In this document: piece by piece, positions 37,129-44,644 of the stretch
Position numbering within the stretch: the stretch's first letter is position 1
How the letters are laid out: the number at the start of each line of letters is the position of its first letter
Origin: Flavobacteriales bacterium
GTDB lineage: Bacteria > Bacteroidota > Bacteroidia > Flavobacteriales_F > PHOS-HE28
Direction: 5' to 3'
Length of the DNA: 64,000 nucleotides
Assembly (NCBI GenBank): GCA_039933875.1
Contig: JBDTNF010000005.1
Location: 2,373 to 66,372 of the forward strand
Program-made: the position numbers and the translations under genes
The notes under the pieces: model-generated
The model's input: only the letters and a program-made list of their open reading frames with translations
What the model was told of the DNA's origin: nothing
The model's database searches: none

Positions 37129-38025
37129 ATGAAGCACATGCGTACCACATCGGCACAACCGCGCTGGACCGGCTATGCGAAGGCCTTGTTCGCCACACTT
37201 ATGTGGGGCTGCTCCTTCATCGCGATACGTTATGCCCTGGGCTCGGCATCGCCCTTCGGCGTGGTGTGGATGCGCAACGCGCTGGCGACCTTGCTCCTCT
37301 TCGGCATCCTGCGCCTGCGCGGCGAACCGCTACTGCCCGAGCGCGAGGACCGCGGCCGTGTGGTGCTGCTTGGCCTGCTCTTCGGCGCGCACCTCCTGGT
37401 GCAGACCTGGGCCATCGAACGCACCAGCACCATGCGCGCGGGTTGGATCATCGCGGTCATCCCGGCGGTGGTGGCCGTGGGTGCGTGGCTGTTCCAACAG
37501 CAACGTCTGCGTGCGTTGGGCTGGCTTGGCATCGGTGTCGCCTCCAGCGGGGTGTTCGTACTCACGGCCACGCGGCCCGCGCAGTTCGCGAACGCCGGCA
37601 CCGGCGACCTGCTGATGCTGGCAACCACCTTCAGCTGGGCCGCCTACACCCTGCTCAGCGCGGGTCCTGCGCGCCGCAGTGGCGGGCTTCGTGTTTCGGC
37701 CAGCGCGCTGTTGGTCTCGTTGGTGCCCAACCTGATCATGGCCCTTTTCCAAGGCTCGTGGCATGCGGCACCCGATGCGCACTCCATCACGGCATTGCTC
37801 TTTCTCGGGTTCGGTGCCAGCGGCCTCGCCATGTGGACCTACACCGATGCCGTTGCCGAGCTCGGCCCCGAACGCAGTGCGGCGTTCCAATACCTGCAAC
37901 CCTTGGTCACCATGGCAGCGGCCTACCTCCTACTCCACGAACCGGTGACCACCGGTCAACTCATCGGTGGGCCCATCGTGCTGGCCGGAGTATGGCTGGT
38001 ACAACGCGGAAAAAGGGGAGTATAA
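37129..38025 (+). CDS. DMT superfamily (EamA-like) transporter
   Basis: ORF 36661..38025 was trimmed to the Met at 37129. About 10 TM helices are present. The two-EamA-repeat architecture is suggested by FATLMWGCSFIAIRYAL and a second half containing FSWAAYTLL. Confidence 0.8.
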   Translation: MKHMRTTSAQPRWTGYAKALFATLMWGCSFIAIRYALGSASPFGVVWMRNALATLLLFGILRLRGEPLLPEREDRGRVVLLGLLFGAHLLVQTWAIERTSTMRAGWIIAVIPAVVAVGAWLFQQQRLRALGWLGIGVASSGVFVLTATRPAQFANAGTGDLLMLATTFSWAAYTLLSAGPARRSGGLRVSASALLVSLVPNLIMALFQGSWHAAPDAHSITALLFLGFGASGLAMWTYTDAVAELGPERSAAFQYLQPLVTMAAAYLLLHEPVTTGQLIGGPIVLAGVWLVQRGKRGV

Positions 38026-38057
38026 GCAGGGACTCGACCCGACGACTCAACAACGAC

Positions 38058-38089
38058 AACGCCCCCGGTGCGGCGGCACCAGGGGCGTT
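38058..38089. terminator. possible bidirectional terminator hairpin between convergent genes
   Basis: The imperfect 14-bp stem is aacgcccccggtgc / gcaccaggggcgtt with one mismatch. It lies between the stop at 38025 (+) and the stop at 38109 (-). Confidence 0.45.
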
Positions 38090-38108
38090 AGCCAATTGTA
38101 GCGTGTGC

Positions 38109-38726
38109 TTACGCAGCGGCCATCAGCAACAAGGGTTCGCAGAGGCTGGTTTCGCCGGCAGCACCGATCGCTGTTACAGCGAACCAGTACATGGTGCGCG
38201 GTTCCAGGCTGTCGGCATTGAAACGGCTTTTCGTGGTGGCCCCGATCAACTCCCATTTGAACGGGTTGTTGCTCGTGCTCATGAAGACATGGTGCAGGTC
38301 AGCACCTTCTTCACGATCCCAACGGAACGAGGCGCGCCCCGTCTTGTTGGAGAACAGTGACACGAGTTTCGTGGGCGGGTTCAGGGCACCGATGGGCGCG
38401 GGCTTTTTGCGCACTTCGAAGCCGCTGCTGAGGATGGTATCCTCATCGCCGCTAGAAGCCATTTGTACATACCCAGCCCATTCCTTCAGCGCCGCACGCA
38501 GGGCCTTGTCGGCCTCGCGCCTCGCCTGGTGTTCCACCTTTCCCCCGTTCTTGTCCACACCGGCATTGGCCGCCACCAATGCATCGATGAGCCCTTGCAA
38601 CGCCGCCGGGGTGGGCACTGCGTTCGGGAATTTCGCATTGCCCACCATGCTGTCGTGGATGCCCTGCGCCTTCGCTACCAATCCCGTAGCTGGGAGGGTG
38701 TCTACACCCATTTTTACAGTTGCCAT
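38109..38726 (-). CDS. hypothetical protein with helical N-terminal half and fibronectin type III-like C-terminal domain
   Basis: The product is 205 aa with no signal peptide. The C-terminal PPTKLVSLFSNKTGRASFRWDREEGADLHHVF...YWFAVTAIGAAGES reads like an FN3 fold. Function is unknown. Confidence 0.65.
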   Translation of the reverse strand: MATVKMGVDTLPATGLVAKAQGIHDSMVGNAKFPNAVPTPAALQGLIDALVAANAGVDKNGGKVEHQARREADKALRAALKEWAGYVQMASSGDEDTILSSGFEVRKKPAPIGALNPPTKLVSLFSNKTGRASFRWDREEGADLHHVFMSTSNNPFKWELIGATTKSRFNADSLEPRTMYWFAVTAIGAAGETSLCEPLLLMAAA

Positions 38727-38905
38727 GTGGCGTTTGGTTTTATGGCGGGGTAAGCCGCCTGGTTAATGTGGGCCTTGTACCTGTGGGGGCGAACAAGGTG
38801 GCGGTGCACCCCTCAGGATTTTCCCTAGGGGTTGGCACACCCCTCCCGGCTCGCGCACCGGCCAAGCATAGGCAGGCGGCTCCGCTGCACAACCGACCGT
38901 GTTAG

Positions 38906-39240
38906 TGGAACCACATTCCTGAATTGTGGGAACACTTTGCCCGCAACCTGTTCCACATTACAGGATCGTGGAAACACATTGCGCGCTCAGGGGATCACTT
39001 TGCCGAAATGTGGAAACACATTCCGCCCACATGGATACACATTCTTGTATCGTGGAAACAGGTTCCGCTCACATGGATGCACATCGCCGAATTGTGGGAA
39101 CACATTCGGCGCATCCGGAACCACTTTCCTGAATTGTTGAACCACATGGTGCCCACATGGAACCACATGGATGCATTGTGGAACCACATGCCGCGCACCT
39201 TGTTCCACTGTTCCGGAAAGTGGAACAACATTTCCCGACA
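38906..39240. repeat. 16 x 21-bp phased tandem repeat array (core TGGAAMCACAT)
   Basis: Unit starts were read directly at 38906, 38927, 38949, 38969, 38990, then every 21 bp to 39221. All six frames are open across the array. Confidence 0.9.
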
Positions 39241-39353
39241 ATCTGTCTGGCCGATGGGCGCAGGGGCTCATATGCCAGGGCCTGCTCACAAGTCCGCCGC
39301 TAGCGGCAGGTCAATGGCTTGTGGCCCGTTCTAGACACCGCGCTAGAAATGGC

Positions 39354-39653
39354 TCATTGCTCCTTGCCCCTCTGACACACGCACCGCACCAAACCGAATT
39401 GCACGGCCTTGCCAAGTACCTCGATGGTGCTGCCAACCCCAAGCTTGTCGTACACTTTGGCGCGGTGTGTCTCGACGGCCTTGGGGCGTAGGTCCATGTG
39501 CTCGGCCATTTCGGCCACGGTGGGCTCGGGGCAGCGGCATACCAGCACAATGTATTCGCACTCGCGCGCCGTAAGCCGGTAGCGCTCCAGAAGTGTTGCG
39601 AGGAGTGCGGGATCCACGCCCACAAACATTTGCGGCGGCATGCGCGCACACAA
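39354..39653 (-). CDS. stand-alone LuxR/GerE-type helix-turn-helix transcriptional regulator
   Basis: LTARECEYIVLVCRCPEPTVAEMAEHMDLRPKAVETHRAKVYDKLGV fits the LuxR C-terminal HTH pattern (LT.RE.E.L......S..EIA..L.IS..TV..H...I..KLGV). No receiver or ligand domain is present. The start could instead be the Met at 39629. Two other frames are also open here. Confidence 0.6.
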   Translation of the reverse strand: MCARMPPQMFVGVDPALLATLLERYRLTARECEYIVLVCRCPEPTVAEMAEHMDLRPKAVETHRAKVYDKLGVGSTIEVLGKAVQFGLVRCVCQRGKEQ

Positions 39654-39800
39654 TACCCGGAAGCCGGTAATTGTTGGGGTGTGTAACCTTGGTTCTCTAC
39701 CGGATACAGGGTAGGTGGCCGCTGGTCTAGGCTTTGACGGGGCAGAGGTTGTGCTTCCATTGGCGCAGTGGCCACACAGTAGGTATCAGGCAAAAACCAG

Positions 39801-39818
39801 AGGAGGTCGCAACCTCCT
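39801..39818 (-). terminator. intrinsic terminator next to displaced tRNA-Arg 3' fragment
   Basis: The hairpin is aggaggt-cgca-acctcct. On the minus strand it is followed by CTGGTTTTTG. Confidence 0.6.
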
Positions 39819-39824
39819 CATCTT

Positions 39825-39839
39825 GTGACCCCACCAGGA
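39825..39839 (-). repeat. 15-nt direct repeat identical to the 3' end of tRNA-Arg(CCU) (candidate distal att site)
   Basis: gtgaccccaccagga at 39825..39839 equals 49473..49487 in the same orientation. It covers the T-stem 3' strand, the acceptor 3' strand and the discriminator. Confidence 0.7.
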
Positions 39840-40093
39840 TTACCTGCCTTCAGACTCTATCCCTTGATACCCAAAGGGATCCAGCTAGCCCGGGTTTTGA
39901 TCGCGACCGGATCGCCGCCGTTTCGCTTCGGTACTGGCGAAAATGTGCAGCGCCGTTCGTGAGAGCGGGGGCTGTTCGCTTTATGCCTAGGTGAGCTTCA
40001 CCAGATGAAAAAGGGATGAAAAATGCGGTAAGGCAAGGCTGTGCGTGCTCACGCATGCAACATGACCAGTGTCGGCACGTAACACCACGCACG

Positions 40094-40723
40094 ATGCTCA
40101 GATCCGTATTTCTCGGCCTGATGGTGTCACTGATCAGTGCACCCGCCATCGGCCAGAGCTTTGGCCTGTTGGCTGGTATCCGCCACGGCGATATGCGTGC
40201 TGCGGGTTTGAACTTCGCACCATCGAATGGCCTTGCCCTGGGTGCGTTCATTCCGTTCTACATGACGAACCGTATCGTGCTGCGCGCGGAGTGTGGTGTG
40301 CTGGTGGATGGTTATGATCAGGTGAAAGAGGAAAAGGAATATTCCTCAGCCACCATGGTTTCCGCAAGTGCAGGCCTTGTAGGCCGTTTCTACATGAGCC
40401 GTTCCTTCTCCATTTCCACAGGTCTCGAGTTGCGGCTTGGCTTATCGGAGCCCTTTGTAGTGCAGAGCCCCGGTGGCGAAGGCATACCGGAACGAACCGA
40501 TTACACGCTAATGTTCGGCAGTGCGTACCGTTTCAACAAGCGCTTCGAGTTGGGCCTCCGCTATGGACAGGGCCTGCGACCGGCCATGGACACGGGGATC
40601 TATGGCCCGGCCAAACGCAGATCGTTCACGGTCATGGCCAGCTACCTCTTGAAGAACAAGCCAAAGCCACTGGCCAAGCGGCGCCGGTGCCGTATACCCC
40701 TGGCCACTGCGCCCAATTACTGA
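40094..40723 (+). CDS. outer membrane beta-barrel (porin-family/OmpW-like) protein
   Basis: ORF trimmed to MLRSVFLGLMVSLISAPAIGQ. Alternating beta-strand pattern is present, with aromatic residues near the C-terminal strand (FTVMASYLL). Confidence 0.65.
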   Translation: MLRSVFLGLMVSLISAPAIGQSFGLLAGIRHGDMRAAGLNFAPSNGLALGAFIPFYMTNRIVLRAECGVLVDGYDQVKEEKEYSSATMVSASAGLVGRFYMSRSFSISTGLELRLGLSEPFVVQSPGGEGIPERTDYTLMFGSAYRFNKRFELGLRYGQGLRPAMDTGIYGPAKRRSFTVMASYLLKNKPKPLAKRRRCRIPLATAPNY

Positions 40724-40783
40724 GTCGGCAGCGCTCCGCGTCCCGGCCTCACATTCCGATCAGGGGGCATCCGGTGAAAGTAG

Positions 40784-40808
40784 AAGGGGCACCCACGCGG
40801 TGCCCCTT
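40784..40808 (+). terminator. intrinsic terminator-like hairpin after the beta-barrel gene
   Basis: The 10-bp stem is aaggggcacc / ggtgcccctt with a 5-nt loop, followed by a short T tract. Confidence 0.5.
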
Positions 40809-40882
40809 TCGCATGCGTTGTGCCCCACCAGAGCGTTCCGGGTGCTTGACACTTTCCTGAAAGTTCTCCACATCTTCGTGCC

Positions 40883-41095
40883 ATGTCCCTCTTTCAGCGT
40901 TCGGTCCTTGAGAAATACCTGAGGCAGCAGGATGGCACGGGGATAGCCAAAGACTACGAAGCCTTCAAGACGCATTTCCACGACCTGGTAATACAGGATT
41001 GTAAGGAGAAGATGATGGACTTGCCGAAGCGGGTGACGACGGTGAGCGTGAGGACGATGGAGGTGGTGAGGGGGATGGAGGGAATTGTCAGATAG
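40883..41095 (+). pseudogene. internally deleted remnant of a type IIG restriction-modification enzyme (N-terminal ~43 aa fused to C-terminal ~25 aa)
   Basis: MSLFQRSVLEKYLRQQD...AKDYEAFKTHFHDLVIQ matches my memory of the N-terminus of Eco57I-like type IIG enzymes. KEKMMDLPKRVTTVSVRTMEVV matches their extreme C-terminus. Only 70 aa remain. Confidence 0.6.
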
Positions 41096-41106
41096 TTTAT
41101 GAGCCT

Positions 41107-41841
41107 ATGAACCTCCTCGGTTGGTGCTTCGTTTTCAAATTGATGGATTGGCTTGGGGCTATCCTCCTTTGTGTTTTTGCGGGATTAGTAATCGTGACCG
41201 TGCAGTACTTCTCTTCGCCAGCCAAGAGGAACACCTTGGCCGTCATCAGTGCAACTAAGGCCGTACGTAAGAATTGGCGGATTGCGCGCCCCACAGGGAC
41301 AGAAGAGGTTACTTCGGAAACGGGAAGGGAACAATCAATTCGAAATCACAATCGCTTCGCACTCGCGGTCTTTGTTGAGCGTATGATGAGGGCTTTCGGC
41401 ACTGAGGGCGAAATCACTGCGGCAACCTATCAAGGGCTCCCAGTCTATCCCTGCCTTGCGTGGATCAAGAATGACACAAGTGAAAGGCCTGAAGATCGAT
41501 GGCAGGGCTTCGCGGAGTGGACCAGACACCTAACAGATACAATTGAGCAGTACATTTTCCTCCGGCACTTCGGCCTGGGTTTGAGTGGTACCTACCGTAG
41601 GTCGGTTGCCCTGAACACTCTTCTCGTTCACATCGAGCAGGTGGTCAAAGTGCACGATGCTCTAGCGGCAGACAGCGCTTCAGCGGCATGCCTTCAGTAC
41701 TTGCCAAGTCACAACCATCCAAGCGAGTACTTCACTATCACCACGTTGGCTGGGCTTGTTCCATCGGAGGTTGAAGAGTTGATGACAGCCATGTCTGCTC
41801 TCAAGCAGGCATGGTACGATTGGGAATGCTTGACCCGATGA
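41107..41841 (+). CDS. hypothetical membrane-anchored protein (244 aa), no recognisable family
   Basis: Hydrophobic N-terminal helices (LLGWCFVFKLMDWLGAILLCVFAGLVIVTV) precede a soluble C-terminal part. GC is visibly lower than in flanking core genes. It sits between two RM gene fragments. Confidence 0.6.
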   Translation: MNLLGWCFVFKLMDWLGAILLCVFAGLVIVTVQYFSSPAKRNTLAVISATKAVRKNWRIARPTGTEEVTSETGREQSIRNHNRFALAVFVERMMRAFGTEGEITAATYQGLPVYPCLAWIKNDTSERPEDRWQGFAEWTRHLTDTIEQYIFLRHFGLGLSGTYRRSVALNTLLVHIEQVVKVHDALAADSASAACLQYLPSHNHPSEYFTITTLAGLVPSEVEELMTAMSALKQAWYDWECLTR

Positions 41842-41987
41842 GCGTTGTTTCCATCCCACTCGGCAACCGCACCGCCCTGGAATGGGTGCTGGACCAGTAC
41901 AAGGAGAAAACGCCGATGGACCCGACGATCCGGGAGAAGTTCAACACCTACCGCTTCGCGCGTCCTGAACGTGTAGGGCACCAATGA
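41838..41987 (+). pseudogene. fragment of a type IIG/ISP restriction-modification enzyme C-terminal region
   Basis: The hand translation is MSVVSIPLGNRTALEWVLDQYKEKTPMDPTIREKFNTYRFA.... In intact enzymes, as I recall them, this segment lies just upstream of the ...RVTTVSVxTMxIV tail. Confidence 0.55.
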
Positions 41988-42406
41988 TCGCTGGGAAGAA
42001 ACCCCTTGGCGTAACGATCCTCGGCGTGTTCCTCATCGCGTCCACGGGCATCCTCGTGGCCACCACCACCACCCTGTTGCACCCTGGCACCGTGGTGGAC
42101 CGCATCTGGGACTTCAAACGCAGCGAGTACGAACAACTCTTGCGCTACGCACCGTGGTCGGGCATCGGCTTCCTGGCGCTCGGCGTGCTGTTGGCCTTCG
42201 CGGCCTATGGCTGGTTCAAGGCGCGGCGGTGGGCGTGGTGGCTGGTGCAAGGCATCTTCGTGGCCAATGCCCTTGGTGATGTGGGGCGCATCTTCAGCGG
42301 CGATGTGTTGGGTGGGCTGGTGGGCGTGATCATCGTGGCGCTCCTGATCGTGTACGTGCGGAGCACGGGCGTACGGAGCCAGTTCATGGGAGTGAGCGAT
42401 GCGTAG
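41984..42406 (+). CDS. hypothetical 4-TM membrane protein
   Basis: The 140 aa product has four hydrophobic helices. It lies upstream of the two-component system. Confidence 0.6.
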   Translation: MIAGKKPLGVTILGVFLIASTGILVATTTTLLHPGTVVDRIWDFKRSEYEQLLRYAPWSGIGFLALGVLLAFAAYGWFKARRWAWWLVQGIFVANALGDVGRIFSGDVLGGLVGVIIVALLIVYVRSTGVRSQFMGVSDA

Positions 42407-42498
42407 ATACTTACCGCACACGCACCAGCCATGCACGATGCGCGTGTGCGCCGCAGGCTGGGAGTTCACACCGGGGAGGTTCGTCCTAGTTTTGGCCC

Positions 42499-43179
42499 AT
42501 GCGCATACTGGTGGTGGAAGATGAACCGAAGGTGGCGGCCTTTTTGAAACAAGGCCTGGAGGAGAGCGGCTACGATGTGCTAAGCGCCTACGACGGTGTG
42601 ACCGGCCAACGGCTCGCACTTGGTGAACCACTGGACCTGGTGATGCTGGATGTGGTGATGCCCGGAATGAACGGCGCGGAGGTATGCCGGGGCATACGCA
42701 AGGGCGGCGGAACCATGCCGATCCTGATGCTCACCGCGCTCGGCACCACGGAGGACAAGGTGCTGGGGCTTGATGCCGGTGCCGATGATTACCTGGTGAA
42801 GCCTTTTGAGTTCAAGGAACTGCTCGCACGCATCCGTTCGTTGACGCGCAGGGGATCGGCGATGCACGAGCAGGCTGAGAAATTGAACTACCACGACCTG
42901 GAACTGGACCTTGCCAAGAAGGAGGCGGTGCGCGGCGGCAAGCGCATCGCCCTCACCGCGAAGGAATTCGCCTTGCTCGAGTACCTGATGCGCAATTCCG
43001 ACCGCGTACTATCGCGCGCGCAGATCAGCGAGCGTGTGTGGGACATCAACTTTGACACGGGTACGAACGTGGTCGACGCGTACATAAAGCTGGTCCGTAA
43101 GAAGGTCGATCGTGACTTCGAACCCAAGCTGATACACACGCGCGTGGGTTTGGGCTACATGCTCACCGCGAAGCCATGA
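42499..43179 (+). CDS. OmpR/PhoB-type response regulator transcription factor
   Basis: The receiver domain is MRILVVEDE...DLVMLDVVMPGMNG...LTA. The winged-helix output is LTAKEFALLEYLMRN...VWD...NVVDAYIKLVRKKV. Confidence 0.95.
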   Translation: MRILVVEDEPKVAAFLKQGLEESGYDVLSAYDGVTGQRLALGEPLDLVMLDVVMPGMNGAEVCRGIRKGGGTMPILMLTALGTTEDKVLGLDAGADDYLVKPFEFKELLARIRSLTRRGSAMHEQAEKLNYHDLELDLAKKEAVRGGKRIALTAKEFALLEYLMRNSDRVLSRAQISERVWDINFDTGTNVVDAYIKLVRKKVDRDFEPKLIHTRVGLGYMLTAKP

Positions 43180-44543
43180 CCATACGCACGCGGCTCGCGT
43201 TGCAGTTCATGCTGCTTGCTTCCCTCATCCTGGGTGGCGCGTTCATCGTGGTATACGTGCTTTCCGGGGATTATCGTCGCGAGGAATTCATGACCAGGCT
43301 GAAGGACCGTGGCACCAACACCGCCAAGCTGCTCATCCAGGTGGATGAAGTGGATGAACGGCTGCTCGCGAAGATCGAGCGCAACAACCCGGTGCGCTTA
43401 CCCGAAGAAGCGATCGTGATCTACGATCACCATAACAAGGAGATCTTCAAGCTCGGCGCGGCGAGGACCAACACGGTCAATGCCGACCTGCTCGACCGTG
43501 TAAGACTGGACGGCGAGATCATACATGATCGCGGCGACAGAGAGGAAGTGGCTTTCCCTTTCATCGATCGGGACGATCGCTTCGTTGTCGTCGCATCAGG
43601 CCGCGACATTTATGGCCGCAGCAAACTGCGCAACGAAGGGCGCGTGATGATCGCCACGTTCATGACCGGACTTGTCCTGACCTTCCTGATCGGCCGGTTC
43701 TATGCGCAACGGGCACTCTCGCCAGTGCAGCGGTTGATCCATGATCTGCGGGCGATCAGTGCGGCGAGCTTGTCGCGCCGGGTGCAGACCGGCAATACGC
43801 ATGACGAGATCGCCCAACTCGCCCGATCGTTCAATGAGTTGTTGGAACGTTTGCAAACCACCTTCCGCTCGCAAAGGAACTTCATCGCCAACGCATCGCA
43901 TGAGATGCGCACGCCGCTCACCGCCATATCGGGCCAATTGGAGGTGCTCCTGCTCAAGGTGCGATCGCCCGAGGAATACGGAACCGCGGCCCGCTCCGTG
44001 CTCGAGGATATGCGCGCCTTGAACCGGCTGGCCGATCGCCTGTTGATGATGGCCCAGGCGGAGAACAAGGCACCGGCCGAGACCTTCGCGCCGGTTCGAT
44101 TGGATGAAGTATTGTGGCAATCGCAGGGCGAAGTACACCGCATCCATCCCGACTATACCGTTGAGATCGACCTGGACGGTGTGGAGGATGAGGCGGACCT
44201 GTTGGTACAGGGCAACGAGAACCTATTGCGCTCGCTGGTGACCAACCTGATGGAGAACGCGTGCAAGTATTCGAACGACCATCGCGCCCATGTGATCCTG
44301 GTACCCGTAGCGGACGAAGTGCAGGTGCACGTGGAGGATCGCGGAACGGGAATAGCGGAGCAGGATCACGAGCGGGTGTTCGAACCGTTCTACCGGGCCA
44401 ACAATACCGGCGGGGCGAAGGGCCATGGAATAGGGCTTTCGCTGGCCCGGCGCATCGCCGAGCTGCACAACGGCCATATCACACTGAAGTCGACCGTGGG
44501 CGTGGGTTCATGTTTCACCGCGCATCTTCCCAAAGCGGCTTGA
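43176..44543 (+). CDS. sensor histidine kinase (TM sensor + HAMP + HisKA + HATPase_c)
   Basis: The H-box is FIANASHEMRTPLT, the N-box is LMENACKY, and the G-boxes are DRGTGI and GHGIGLSLA. The start overlaps the regulator stop by 4 nt. Confidence 0.95.
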   Translation: MTIRTRLALQFMLLASLILGGAFIVVYVLSGDYRREEFMTRLKDRGTNTAKLLIQVDEVDERLLAKIERNNPVRLPEEAIVIYDHHNKEIFKLGAARTNTVNADLLDRVRLDGEIIHDRGDREEVAFPFIDRDDRFVVVASGRDIYGRSKLRNEGRVMIATFMTGLVLTFLIGRFYAQRALSPVQRLIHDLRAISAASLSRRVQTGNTHDEIAQLARSFNELLERLQTTFRSQRNFIANASHEMRTPLTAISGQLEVLLLKVRSPEEYGTAARSVLEDMRALNRLADRLLMMAQAENKAPAETFAPVRLDEVLWQSQGEVHRIHPDYTVEIDLDGVEDEADLLVQGNENLLRSLVTNLMENACKYSNDHRAHVILVPVADEVQVHVEDRGTGIAEQDHERVFEPFYRANNTGGAKGHGIGLSLARRIAELHNGHITLKSTVGVGSCFTAHLPKAA

Positions 44544-44595
44544 ACAGGAGACATAAGCACGCGGAAAAGCCAGCATGCTCGCCGCGCAAAAAAAG

Positions 44596-44624
44596 AAGAG
44601 GCCCACCTGAGCGGTGGGCCTCTT
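44596..44624. terminator. bidirectional intrinsic terminator between convergent genes
   Basis: The 12-bp stem is aagaggcccacc / ggtgggcctctt with a 5-nt loop. It is preceded by an A-run, which reads as a T-run on the minus strand. Confidence 0.7.
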
Positions 44625-44644
44625 GCGATGCGCTGGTCGGGAGA

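Noticed and set aside
37065-38360. A 431-aa plus-strand ORF in an alternative frame of the EamA transporter. The same applies to 55357..56667 opposite metG and 49531..50550 across the tRNA-Arg.
   Set aside because: These are alternative-frame or antisense artefacts of high-GC DNA. The chosen frames carry TM-helix patterns or aaRS motifs, and one of the rejected ORFs would run through a tRNA gene.
38969-38985. A sigma-54-like -24/-12 element (TGGAAACACATTGCG) inside the array.
   Set aside because: The GG-to-GC spacing is one nucleotide short of the TGGCAC-N5-TTGC consensus. Only one unit carries a TTGC, so this is a coincidence of the repeat core.
38906-39240. The 21-bp array as a CRISPR array.
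   Set aside because: A 21-bp period cannot hold a repeat plus a spacer, the variable parts are only about 9-10 nt, and no cas genes or leader are present.
38924-39334. The 21-bp array as a protein-coding heptad repeat (W-x-H-[IM]-x-x-x), or one of the four other overlapping ORFs.
   Set aside because: All six frames are open, so openness carries no information. The ORF start lies inside the second repeat with no upstream signal. Core variation is not concentrated at third-codon positions. This rejection is tentative, and the finding states what would overturn it.
39840-39900. The possibility that the tRNA-Arg 3' fragment belongs to a complete second tRNA, or to a tmRNA-like gene extending to higher coordinates.
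   Set aside because: I tried folding the minus-strand sequence upstream of the 15-mer. There is no T-loop (TTCGA is replaced by GGTAA), no matching acceptor 5' strand and no anticodon arm. Only a generic 5-bp hairpin (CCCTT..AAGGG) appears.
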